Below are positions 1-6,932 of a DNA stretch of 42,266 nucleotides, piece after piece. The notes under the pieces are model-generated. The model saw only the letters and a program-made list of their open reading frames with translations, had not been told where the DNA came from and did no database searches. The DNA comes from a virus (lineage: Duplodnaviria > Caudoviricetes): the IMG/VR virus record IMGVR_UViG_3300037483_001185, positions 1 through 42,266 of that record, one strand, 5' to 3'. The translations under genes were made by a program, and so were the position numbers. Each line of letters starts with the position of its first letter. The first letter of the stretch is position 1.

Positions 1-127
1 GTGGGTGGGGAGAGGAGGAGGGGGAAGTTACTCTTGGATATGGGCCGCTTGCACCCATCCCGTTATTTTGTCCCACCGCACTTTTAGCCAGGGCCCCCCG
101 GCCCATGCGGCGGGGGAATCATGACTG
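1..127. repeat. Terminal direct repeat, left copy (circular assembly overlap)
   Basis: 1-127 is identical to 42140-42266; 127 bp equals a common assembler k-mer and the repeat cuts through a gene. Confidence 0.9.
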
Positions 128-414
128 AGTATTTCCACCTCAGTTCCGTCAGGTATGCGCCCGGCCAGTTTTGTGCCACCATTTTTCATGACTTTGGCGC
201 CGTAGCCGAGACCAATATCACCTTGCGGATATCGTATTGTCGCCACCTTAATTTCTCCCTGGGCAATCGCCCGTAGTAGTTGACTCAAACTCCCGATGCG
301 TCCTGCACCCTGACCCCGTTCGGCCAGGTATCCCATGGTGGCGGCCATCTCCTGGATGGCCGCCAGGTCGCCGTCGTCCAACCACACTGATGTACGCTTC
401 ATGTGCAGGTCCAT
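28..414 (-). CDS. Ribbon-helix-helix-like N-terminus fused to an SH3b-like domain
   Basis: N-term MKRTSVWLDDGDLAAIQEMAA..SLSQLLRAIA fits the RHH pattern; C-term GTEVEILS..WLKVRWDKITGWVQAAHI fits the bacterial SH3 pattern; alternative start at 402 gives an ATGA overlap. Confidence 0.6.
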   Translation of the reverse strand: MDLHMKRTSVWLDDGDLAAIQEMAATMGYLAERGQGAGRIGSLSQLLRAIAQGEIKVATIRYPQGDIGLGYGAKVMKNGGTKLAGRIPDGTEVEILSHDSPAAWAGGPWLKVRWDKITGWVQAAHIQE

Positions 415-605
415 AAGTTTCTGCGACTAGGCACAGCGATCAGGATATTCCGCTGCGTTTCATCCCAGACAAAGGCGCAACCGCATGGTGCCGGATCTTG
501 CGCCTTGTAATCGTCCATCGTGCTGTTCCGAATTTCTCCATGAACAGGACAACGAACTGTTCCTTTTCGCGTGATGGCGACACGTTCATCTACTACGGTA
601 GTCAT
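399..605 (-). CDS. Small Cys/His (putative zinc-binding) protein
   Basis: CPVHG..CGC; RBS AAAGGAAAAGG before the ATG at 605 (alternative start 662); coupled to the next gene. Confidence 0.6.
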   Translation of the reverse strand: MTTVVDERVAITRKGTVRCPVHGEIRNSTMDDYKAQDPAPCGCAFVWDETQRNILIAVPSRRNLWTCT

Positions 606-703
606 TACCTTTTCCTTTCTTGGTTGCAGAATCAATTCTGGCGACGATACTGCGTGCCTCATGGTCCCGTCCTCTCTTGCCTTCGTTTTGTTTCCCTGTC
701 CCA

Positions 704-732
704 ATTATAAGGCATAATTATGTCTTTGTCAA
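704..732 (-). promoter_or_regulatory. Consensus sigma70 promoter with a palindromic operator in the spacer
   Basis: Minus strand TTGACA(732-727)-17 bp-TATAAT(709-704); palindrome AAGgCATAATTATGtCTT across the spacer. Confidence 0.85.
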
Positions 733-762
733 GCACTTTTGGAATATTCGCACCAAATTCAT

Positions 763-789
763 AAAAATGCCCCGGCTCATCACCGGGGC
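763..789 (-). terminator. Intrinsic terminator after 807-1100
   Basis: GCCCCGG/CCGGGGC stem followed by ATTTTT on the minus strand. Confidence 0.75.
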
Positions 790-806
790 TAAAGTAGTCT
801 GCCTAG

Positions 807-1100
807 CTACGCCTTACGTGGCCGGCCCCTGGGCCTGCTGCCGGGGCGGGGTGGCCTGTGTGCATTCTCGCGGACGGCCTGGGTCTTCGCCTCACTGGTG
901 ATAGAGCCAAGCAGCCTGGCAGCGTACTCCCTATCTGATAGCGCTTCAAAATCGAATTTGCTACAGTCCCACTTGGGATCGCCGCCATCCATCTCGTTGA
1001 TGTCAATCCCCGCCAGGCGGATTATCTCATCTGTAGTTAGACTACTGTTGGTAAAAACCCGCCCGACCTCTTCGCCCTCGCACTTTACGATAATGTGCAT
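807..1100 (-). CDS. Small putative DNA-binding protein (AARLLGSITSEAKTQAVREN motif, AT-hook-like C-term)
   Basis: AGGAGA RBS; C-terminal RPRGRPRK; the motif is common in small phage regulators. Confidence 0.65.
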   Translation of the reverse strand: MHIIVKCEGEEVGRVFTNSSLTTDEIIRLAGIDINEMDGGDPKWDCSKFDFEALSDREYAARLLGSITSEAKTQAVRENAHRPPRPGSRPRGRPRKA

Positions 1101-1112
1101 TTTTGTTATCTC

Positions 1113-1433
1113 CTAGTAAATGCTGTCTTCGTCGTCCATTGCCCGCTCCAGTGCTTCGGAACGCTGACCATCCTCTGTGTCCAGCCAAGATGTTGCATTC
1201 CATTTGCGCTCTTGCTCCTTCTTTTGAAGAATCGAAAGCGCATCCCAGAACTCAGTGGCGGCTGCCTTGATTTCGGGTTCCACTGACTCACCTGTTTTCT
1301 TCCAGCGCATCTGGTAGATGTGCCGTTTGCTGGCCTTGTGGAATAGAAATTCACCCCAGCTGCTATCCCACGAGAACATATCGTTTTCTGCCTTCGTGAA
1401 GTTGATTTTATAGTCAGTCGTCAGGGTCTGCAT
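1113..1433 (-). CDS. Hypothetical protein
   Basis: AAGGAGA RBS; first gene after the consensus promoter at 1477-1504. Confidence 0.75.
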   Translation of the reverse strand: MQTLTTDYKINFTKAENDMFSWDSSWGEFLFHKASKRHIYQMRWKKTGESVEPEIKAAATEFWDALSILQKKEQERKWNATSWLDTEDGQRSEALERAMDDEDSIY

Positions 1434-1476
1434 TTGGGGTCTCCTTGTGTGTTGGTGTTTGCCGTCCTATGTCTCT

Positions 1477-1504
1477 ATTATAACCTATCGTTAGGTTTTG
1501 TCAA
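1477..1504 (-). promoter_or_regulatory. Consensus sigma70 promoter with a palindromic operator in the spacer
   Basis: Minus strand TTGACA(1504-1499)-16 bp-TATAAT(1482-1477); palindrome AACCTA-tcgt-TAGGTT at 1482-1497. Confidence 0.8.
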
Positions 1505-1545
1505 TAGCCAAAAGTACCATCCGACATTATTCGAGCCAAACTCAT

Positions 1546-1577
1546 AAAAATGGGGCGCCCCCCTCAGAGCGCCCCAT
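1546..1577 (-). terminator. Intrinsic terminator ending the leftward early operon
   Basis: ATGGGGCGC/GCGCCCCAT stem followed by a T run on the minus strand. Confidence 0.75.
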
Positions 1578-1585
1578 CCCGCCTG

Positions 1586-1834
1586 CTACCAGCCGTCCAC
1601 CAGGGGACCGGGTGGGCTCTGCCTCTCGTGCCAGGCTATCTGATCCCACATCTCTGGCACCCATTCGGCATATTGCCGCCATGCCTCCACGTCGTGGTTG
1701 TCCCGAGGCAGCCACGTTTCCAGGTCCTCACACCATGCCCAACGATACCAGCAGCGCTGGCACACCGGGCTGCCCACCGGCCCGTACTGTTCCAGGCCGG
1801 CGATGGAGCGGTCACAGACGGCGCAGGTGGTCAT
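1586..1834 (-). CDS. Small zinc-finger-like protein
   Basis: CAVC..CQRC; GGAGG RBS; ATGA overlap. Confidence 0.7.
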   Translation of the reverse strand: MTTCAVCDRSIAGLEQYGPVGSPVCQRCWYRWAWCEDLETWLPRDNHDVEAWRQYAEWVPEMWDQIAWHERQSPPGPLVDGW

Positions 1835-2085
1835 GGTTGCGCCTCCCAGAAATCTTCTATTCCGTCGGGCAGGCCATCGTTAGTTTCGGCCATGTAGTAG
1901 AGGTCCTCGTCAGGACGATCCAGGTGAGCAACCCGTCTGGCGCGCATATCGAGATAGTCTACATCTAGCCATGGTCCAGAGTTCGCAGCCATCAATCGGG
2001 CATGGTTGCGGGAATCTGTCCAGACCAGGACCGATCCGTTATCCAAGGGGTTATCGCCGGGAAAAACCTGAAAGCAAAGGGTCAT
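1831..2085 (-). CDS. Hypothetical protein (true start MTLCFQVF)
   Basis: GGAGG RBS and ATGA overlap at 2082-2085; internal start of the track ORF 1831..2313. Confidence 0.7.
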   Translation of the reverse strand: MTLCFQVFPGDNPLDNGSVLVWTDSRNHARLMAANSGPWLDVDYLDMRARRVAHLDRPDEDLYYMAETNDGLPDGIEDFWEAQP

Positions 2086-2300
2086 GGTTGCGCCTCCCCT
2101 CTCACCGGCCATAGACCAGCCGTGCTCTTGCCGCCACCGACGGCATGGTGAGCGTAGCGCAGCCCAGTGCTCCCCGCCCGCAGCCGCGCCTCCCCACAGG
2201 CTGCCAGCACAGCGGCCCGGCGCGTGGCGTAGGGGCCGAGGATGGTCGCGTCGACGCTGGCGTGCCAGCCGGCGGGCGTGGAATAAATGTTGGTGAACAT
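2082..2300 (-). CDS. Hypothetical protein
   Basis: GGAGG RBS; fits operon packing. Confidence 0.65.
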   Translation of the reverse strand: MFTNIYSTPAGWHASVDATILGPYATRRAAVLAACGEARLRAGSTGLRYAHHAVGGGKSTAGLWPVRGEAQP

Positions 2301-2317
2301 GGTTAGCCTCCATTCAC

Positions 2318-3049
2318 TTATATTTCGAGTTCGAACTCCACGACCCAGACCCAGGGATCGCTATCCCAGGAGTAGCCCCGCTTGGCGTTGATGGAGTCCC
2401 AGAGTGTAGCAAACGACATGACGGCGGTGTCCTGGGTTAGTGTGCAGATTCCGTCTTCGATATGGCCATAATCCGGCCAACCAGCGTTCATTTGGTACCC
2501 ATAGCCCACACCCTCCGCTATTGCGTCCGGCTCTGTGATGTCCTGCACCCTCTCTACCCGAATGCCTATCACCTCCAGCGTGATGCGGGAGGCCCAGCGG
2601 GGCATGTGGATAGACGGGCGCCATTTGAACGTCTCTATTTCGGCGCTTGTTGCGCATTCTGCCCGATAGACGATATGCCAATCTGGCGGTGGATTCTGTG
2701 CCAGTTCAGCCAACGAGCCGTCATAGGATACCGGCCATGCATCATGCTCGATACCAGTGCCGTAGTCCACCTGATACTCGGCACCCTCCCAGTACGCAAT
2801 GGCCCAGGTCTCTCGCACCCAGAGCCGATCCCCTGGTTTGCCGTATGGACAGCGCACAAAGCCGGCACTCGCGCCCTCATCACTGCACAACTCCCAAGGC
2901 AAATCGTCCGTCGCGCCAAAACAACGATAACGCCCATGCGTTATCCACGATGGCGGCTGCGGCTTGATCACCCGCCTGGTGACACTTTTTCTGCCGTCCA
3001 GGATAGCCTGGACCATCGGTCCGCTGAAGATTATCGGATGCTCTTTCAT
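2318..3049 (-). CDS. ASCH/PUA-like phage protein
   Basis: MKEHPIIFSGPMVQAILDGRKSVTRR, CPYGKPGDRLWVRETW, WRPSIHMPRWASRITLEV and WDSDPWVWVVEF signature motifs. Confidence 0.85.
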   Translation of the reverse strand: MKEHPIIFSGPMVQAILDGRKSVTRRVIKPQPPSWITHGRYRCFGATDDLPWELCSDEGASAGFVRCPYGKPGDRLWVRETWAIAYWEGAEYQVDYGTGIEHDAWPVSYDGSLAELAQNPPPDWHIVYRAECATSAEIETFKWRPSIHMPRWASRITLEVIGIRVERVQDITEPDAIAEGVGYGYQMNAGWPDYGHIEDGICTLTQDTAVMSFATLWDSINAKRGYSWDSDPWVWVVEFELEI

Positions 3050-3147
3050 CGTTTCGCCTTTCGTGCTACACTTCCGCTATGACGCACCGCGTCAGCGCTG
3101 GGAGCGGGTCGCCGGAACGCAAGGGACCAGGCGGCCCGCTGGCTGTA

Positions 3148-3405
3148 TCAGTCATAATCGAGAGGCACATCCTCGACTATGCAGTTTTCAAGGATGTAAT
3201 CCCCCCACCTCTCGTATTCCTGGCGGCTGAACTCATCACCCGTATCATCCCATTCGGCCTCAAAGTCTACCCACTCGTAGGGATCAGGCCCGCCCTGCGG
3301 TGTGCTGCCACCGCGTCCATCTACATGCACGACAACACGACGGCCATCAATCTGGATCTCGCCCCATGCGTTCCATGATAACATTACGCCACCATCACAG
3401 CTCAT
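3148..3405 (-). CDS. Acidic hypothetical protein
   Basis: AAAGGGA RBS before the ATG at 3405; in operon. Confidence 0.55.
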   Translation of the reverse strand: MSCDGGVMLSWNAWGEIQIDGRRVVVHVDGRGGSTPQGGPDPYEWVDFEAEWDDTGDEFSRQEYERWGDYILENCIVEDVPLDYD

Positions 3406-3453
3406 GATTCCCTTTCTGCCGGTCGTTCGCCGGGCCGGCACGGCTCTGGTTGA

Positions 3454-4242
3454 TTACGCCGCCGTCCCGTTGACCGGCTGGCGCTCGCTGCGCACCTTCT
3501 CCATGCCGGCAATGAGGCGCTGTATCTCGGCTTCGGTCAAATCGTTGCTGCTCTCAGCCTGCCCGGTCGTCACGGCCCTGACCAGCTCCCGGCGTTTGGC
3601 GTCCCAGCCGTCGCCATAGAGTTCGACACCAAGACCGTGAAATTTCTTGCGCAGGGCCACCGGCACTTCCGGCTTGCCGTCGCCATCGCTGACAGCCGGG
3701 ATGCCATTCCATTCATCCTCGGCAGCGCTGGGGGCGTCACTCTCAGCTTCCACATCCGGCTGGGGATCGGCGTCCTTCTCCGCACCCAGTTTGGTCAGTT
3801 CGTTGACCAGGTGCTGCCGGATGCGCGCCTCGCTCTCCTTCGTGAACTGCTTGAACTTCGGGTCAATGGGCAGGTAAACCGATGTGAGCCGGTAGAGATA
3901 TCGCGCTACGCCGAACTTGACCGCCGCCCGCTTGAGGGCGTCCGAGTAGGCGCCCTTGATGTAGTTGCCCTCGCTGTCCCGACTTTGAGCGCTATCGCTG
4001 CCCACGTCCGTCCGGGTCTGTCCGTCCACCGTGAGGCGACATTGCGCCACGCATAGGCTGTCGGTCAGAGTGACAATCTCGTAATCATCGGACCATTCGA
4101 CGCCCGCTTCGTCCAACCTCTCGGCTACGTCCCTGGCGTCTACGTAGACGTACCAGGTGGCCTTGTCGCCGGCCTTCGAGACATTCAGCACCCGCCATTT
4201 GTGGCGTGAGACTGGAAACGGCTTCGTCAGTTCGTTTGCCAT
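3454..4242 (-). CDS. Rad52/Sak-family single-strand annealing protein
   Basis: LTKPFP..KWRV, YVDARDVAERLDE, CRLTV..RTDVG, KGAYSDALKRAAVKFGVARYLY; AGGAGG RBS before 4242. Confidence 0.88.
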   Translation of the reverse strand: MANELTKPFPVSRHKWRVLNVSKAGDKATWYVYVDARDVAERLDEAGVEWSDDYEIVTLTDSLCVAQCRLTVDGQTRTDVGSDSAQSRDSEGNYIKGAYSDALKRAAVKFGVARYLYRLTSVYLPIDPKFKQFTKESEARIRQHLVNELTKLGAEKDADPQPDVEAESDAPSAAEDEWNGIPAVSDGDGKPEVPVALRKKFHGLGVELYGDGWDAKRRELVRAVTTGQAESSNDLTEAEIQRLIAGMEKVRSERQPVNGTAA

Positions 4243-4304
4243 CGTTCTGTCCTCCTGTGGAAACGGGCCGGCCCGTCCTGTGAGCCGGCCCAGGGTTGTC
4301 AGTG

Positions 4305-4892
4305 TCACCAGACTCGGGTCTCGTAATACCCCGCCAACTCAGCGTCCATTTGCTCCCAATCCGCAGCGCTGTAGTGGCTGAGCGGGTTGCGGCGAGCCTC
4401 CTCGAGGAGAGCATCGAAGTCTTCCACCTGGTGGCGACTAGCGCTCAATTTCACCACCACCTCGTGCTTGCACATGCTGGCGCCGTGGCTCTTATCTGCG
4501 CACTGGCAGCCGCTGTCGTTGACCGTGTACCAGTGGCCGAGGTGGCTCTGGCTCTCGACCTGCCATCTGCCATCTGCCATCTGACGTGTGTGGCCTACCA
4601 GCGCCGTCGCCTTGTGCGCCCGGCGTGCCAGCGCTCGGGCCTCCTCACGGGTCAAGAGTTCGGCATTCAGAACGGTGAGGCCGTGGTCGCCCTCGACACT
4701 GACGTAGTAGGCCCGGTCCCCGTCTTCGTAGGCCCGGCTGATGCGCACGCTGTAGCTGGGCTGTTCCACTGGCTTGTACCCGCACACCGGGCACCTGTCC
4801 CCGTGCACCTCCGGGGTCCAACGAGCACCGCAGCGCTGGCACTGCAGCGTGGCGACGATGTTGCGGTGAGCGTCGGTCTGTGAGATAATCAT
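4305..4892 (-). CDS. Zn-ribbon plus SWIM-type zinc-finger protein
   Basis: CQRC..CPVC at the N-term; YTV..CQCAD...CKH SWIM motif; AGGAAAGGA RBS. Confidence 0.75.
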   Translation of the reverse strand: MIISQTDAHRNIVATLQCQRCGARWTPEVHGDRCPVCGYKPVEQPSYSVRISRAYEDGDRAYYVSVEGDHGLTVLNAELLTREEARALARRAHKATALVGHTRQMADGRWQVESQSHLGHWYTVNDSGCQCADKSHGASMCKHEVVVKLSASRHQVEDFDALLEEARRNPLSHYSAADWEQMDAELAGYYETRVW

Positions 4893-4931
4893 TGTGTAAT
4901 CCTTTCCTGTCGGGTTAGGGTTTCGGCTATC

Positions 4932-4971
4932 GCCCCGGTTGGTGTCTCTAGCACCGCCGGGGCATCTTTTT
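4932..4971 (+). terminator. GC hairpin with T-tract (plus-strand terminator-like) in the leader of the leftward operon
   Basis: GCCCCGG-TTGGTG..CACC-GCCGGGGC followed by ATCTTTTT. Confidence 0.5.
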
Positions 4972-4984
4972 GTCCTGCACCTCT

Positions 4985-5013
4985 ATTTTACTACCATATG
5001 TGGTAGTAGTCAA
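4985..5013 (-). promoter_or_regulatory. Leftward early promoter with operator
   Basis: TTGACT-17-TAAAAT on the minus strand; palindrome TACTACCA-tatg-TGGTAGTA at 4989-5008. Confidence 0.8.
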
Positions 5014-5055
5014 TACCCAAATTAGCAAAAATGCGAATCTTTAAGGTTCGGATGG

Positions 5056-5085
5056 TTGACGCCACTACCACATATGGTATATGAT
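5056..5085 (+). promoter_or_regulatory. Rightward early promoter with the same operator
   Basis: TTGACG-18-TATGAT; ACTACCACATATGGTA (5064-5079) is the reverse complement of 4992-5007. Confidence 0.75.
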
Positions 5086-5109
5086 AAGAACACGAGAAAG
5101 GAGGTAATT

Positions 5110-5361
5110 ATGAGAACTGTAGTGTCTAAGCGGAAGCTCAAGCGGTGGATGGCAATACGAGATTTTGAGCGCTTTGAGGATCTGGCAGTGGCCGCCAAAA
5201 TCAGCCCTACGACGATTTACCGTATCGTGGAAACCAACAAGTTCAACGGCAAAACACTGGACGCCATTGCGCAGGCCCTCGGGGTGAATCCCATGGATCT
5301 GCTAGAGGCTGAAGGGTATCCACTCCCACACATGGACGCCCCGGCCCTTGCTGGGGGGTGA
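5110..5361 (+). CDS. XRE/Cro-like helix-turn-helix regulator
   Basis: LAVAAKISPTTIYRI..TLDAIAQALGVNPMDLLE; AAGGAGG RBS. Confidence 0.85.
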   Translation: MRTVVSKRKLKRWMAIRDFERFEDLAVAAKISPTTIYRIVETNKFNGKTLDAIAQALGVNPMDLLEAEGYPLPHMDAPALAGG

Positions 5362-5427
5362 AGACGAAAAGGTGACTGGGGCGTGAAATAGAAACAGCCC
5401 CGGCACCTAAGCACCAGGGCTATCTCT

Positions 5428-5664
5428 TTGCCCCGGCGCACGCGGGGCCGGCTTCCTAACAAGGCCGTCTGGAACCTGGAAGATGCCCGCGCCCTACTAC
5501 TGGATGTCTATCCGCACTGGCAGGCGGCGATGCGGCGGGCCGAAGAACTGCGGGATGTCGAATTGGTCATCGAATTGAGCCGGGTACGTGACTACCTGGC
5601 CCGCATCGAGCGCAAGGTCGGGGACGCCCTGGCCGGCGAATACTGGGAAGGCGGGGATGATTGA
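5428..5664 (+). CDS. Hypothetical helical protein
   Basis: ORF with a coupled downstream start; TTG start uncertain. Confidence 0.6.
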   Translation: MPRRTRGRLPNKAVWNLEDARALLLDVYPHWQAAMRRAEELRDVELVIELSRVRDYLARIERKVGDALAGEYWEGGDD

Positions 5665-5741
5665 TGGCAACTTTAGTCCTAGCAACACTCGTGGGCCTGC
5701 TGGCGCTGGCCTGGCTGGAATGGGATAGGGGCCAGTCATGA
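5664..5741 (+). CDS. 25-aa membrane peptide MATLVLATLVGLLALAWLEWDRGQS
   Basis: Read by hand; TGATG and ATGA overlaps with both neighbours; below the ORF-track cutoff. Confidence 0.55.
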   Translation: MATLVLATLVGLLALAWLEWDRGQS

Positions 5742-5962
5742 GCATTCAACTCATCAAATATCACGGCCCGATTGTGCGTTCCACGCACCGCCCGTCCTGT
5801 GTGCGCTGTGGCCGGGGCATGCAGCGCACCGATACAGGCGGCGCCTGGGATACCTGGGGCTGGTACCGGGACGGGGACGGGTGCCGGTATTGCCCCCGCT
5901 GCGCGAGGCCGTATGTGGCGGTCGCGGCTGCCGAGTGGCTGAAACGGCATCCACTCAAATGA
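5738..5962 (+). CDS. Small zinc-finger protein
   Basis: CVRC..CPRC. Confidence 0.65.
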   Translation: MSIQLIKYHGPIVRSTHRPSCVRCGRGMQRTDTGGAWDTWGWYRDGDGCRYCPRCARPYVAVAAAEWLKRHPLK

Positions 5963-5979
5963 CCTGCAAGGGAGAATCA

Positions 5980-6507
5980 ATGATTTACATTCTGCGGATG
6001 ATCAACAGTGATTACTTCAAGATTGGGTATACAGGGAGGAATGACGCCGAACAGAGACGAAACGAGTTGCAGACAGGATGCCCGGAACGGTTGGAGATAA
6101 TAGCTGTTCTGGACGGGGACGAAAAAGACGAAGCGGAACTGCACAGGCGCTACTGGCAGTTCCGCACCGACGGTGGAAGTGAATGGTTTCACATACCTAT
6201 TGAAGCACAGGGGGAATGGCATGTCAAGCGAGGCAACGCGTATCAGCGTGGAGTTGACCGGAGTGCGGCCGATTATGTTCGACCGCTACGCCGGGGACAA
6301 CAATACCCAGTTGGCAGTTCACGACAAAATGTACCTGGACGAACACCAGGGCTTGATTATCCCCGCCATCAATCTGTTCAGCTTGCTGGCCGCGGAGAAC
6401 ACGAAGTCGGTTTGCCGTCAGTTTTTCGGACGTCAGGGCAAGACCATCGGCCTGGGAATAGCCAGCTACACGACAATTGTCGAGATGGAGATCCCCCTGC
6501 TGAATGA
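5980..6507 (+). CDS. T5orf172/GIY-YIG-family nuclease domain protein; 3' part overlaps the next gene
   Basis: MIYIL..FKIGYT..RRNELQTGCPERLEII..EAELHRRY..GSEWF; GGAGA RBS. Confidence 0.8.
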   Translation: MIYILRMINSDYFKIGYTGRNDAEQRRNELQTGCPERLEIIAVLDGDEKDEAELHRRYWQFRTDGGSEWFHIPIEAQGEWHVKRGNAYQRGVDRSAADYVRPLRRGQQYPVGSSRQNVPGRTPGLDYPRHQSVQLAGRGEHEVGLPSVFRTSGQDHRPGNSQLHDNCRDGDPPAE

Positions 6508-6775
6508 TGAGGGGCAAATCGTGTGGACCGGCGAATGGACGGGGCAACTGTCCCACGTTCGTCATGTTGCCAGGGTCAAGGGCGGTATCCCTAACCCGAA
6601 GGACAGGCCGGTAATTGCCTTGCCCTGGCACCTCCGGTTTGAAGTCGAGTACATTGACAATAAGTTTTGCACGCTCGAAAACCTACGCACCGCCTACGAG
6701 ATGGGCGGCACGATGGGTCTGGGCACGTTCCGTCCCTACTTCGGGCGGTACGAACTTACTGCCTGGTCGGCCTAA
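6221..6775 (+). CDS. Solo Cas7/RAMP-like protein (putative VIPR-type RNA-guided effector)
   Basis: RAMP-like layout: RISVELTGVRPIMF, D..GLIIPAINL, RPVI..W.LRFEV, C-terminal glycine-rich loop GGTMGLGTFRPYFGRYEL; GGGGG RBS; no other cas genes present. Confidence 0.75.
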   Translation: MSSEATRISVELTGVRPIMFDRYAGDNNTQLAVHDKMYLDEHQGLIIPAINLFSLLAAENTKSVCRQFFGRQGKTIGLGIASYTTIVEMEIPLLNDEGQIVWTGEWTGQLSHVRHVARVKGGIPNPKDRPVIALPWHLRFEVEYIDNKFCTLENLRTAYEMGGTMGLGTFRPYFGRYELTAWSA

Positions 6776-6783
6776 CATAGCTC

Positions 6784-6873
6784 GGCGGGGCACGGCCCGG
6801 CAAGGCGTGGCTTGGCAGGGTCCGGCCGGGCGCGGCAGGGCAGGGCATGGCGGGGCGTGGCAAGGCAGGGCAA
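6784..6873 (+). ncRNA. GGY-NN pentamer array 1 (18 units), putative guide RNA
   Basis: Perfect 5-nt phase of GGC/GGT plus variable NN: GG AC CC AA GT TT AG CC CG GC AG AG AT GG GT AA AG AA. Confidence 0.75.
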
Positions 6874-6881
6874 GGGTAGCC

Positions 6882-6925
6882 CGTGGGGCTGGTGCTTCGG
6901 AGCGGTTCGATTCCGCTCCCCACAT
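6882..6925 (+). ncRNA. tRNA-like mini-helix (acceptor stem plus T arm), putative processing signal
   Basis: AGCGG-TTCGATT-CCGCT T arm at 6901-6917; GTGGGG (6883-88) pairs with CCCCAC (6918-23); no anticodon arm. Confidence 0.65.
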
Positions 6926-6932
6926 TTTGCCA

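Noticed and set aside
1-127. Biological terminal repeat of the virion DNA
   Set aside because: 127 bp matches a standard assembler k-mer and the junction falls within a gene; best read as circular overlap
3103-3140. Hairpin AGCGGGTCGCC/GGCGGCCCGCT as a terminator or ncRNA
   Set aside because: No U tract on either strand and no recognisable RNA family; noted only as a possible stability element
6698-6730. Self-target of array 2 within the RAMP-like gene (GGC ACG ATG GGT)
   Set aside because: Only four consecutive dinucleotides match; expected by chance
6882-6925. Functional tRNA gene
   Set aside because: Only about 43 nt; lacks the D stem, anticodon arm and CCA
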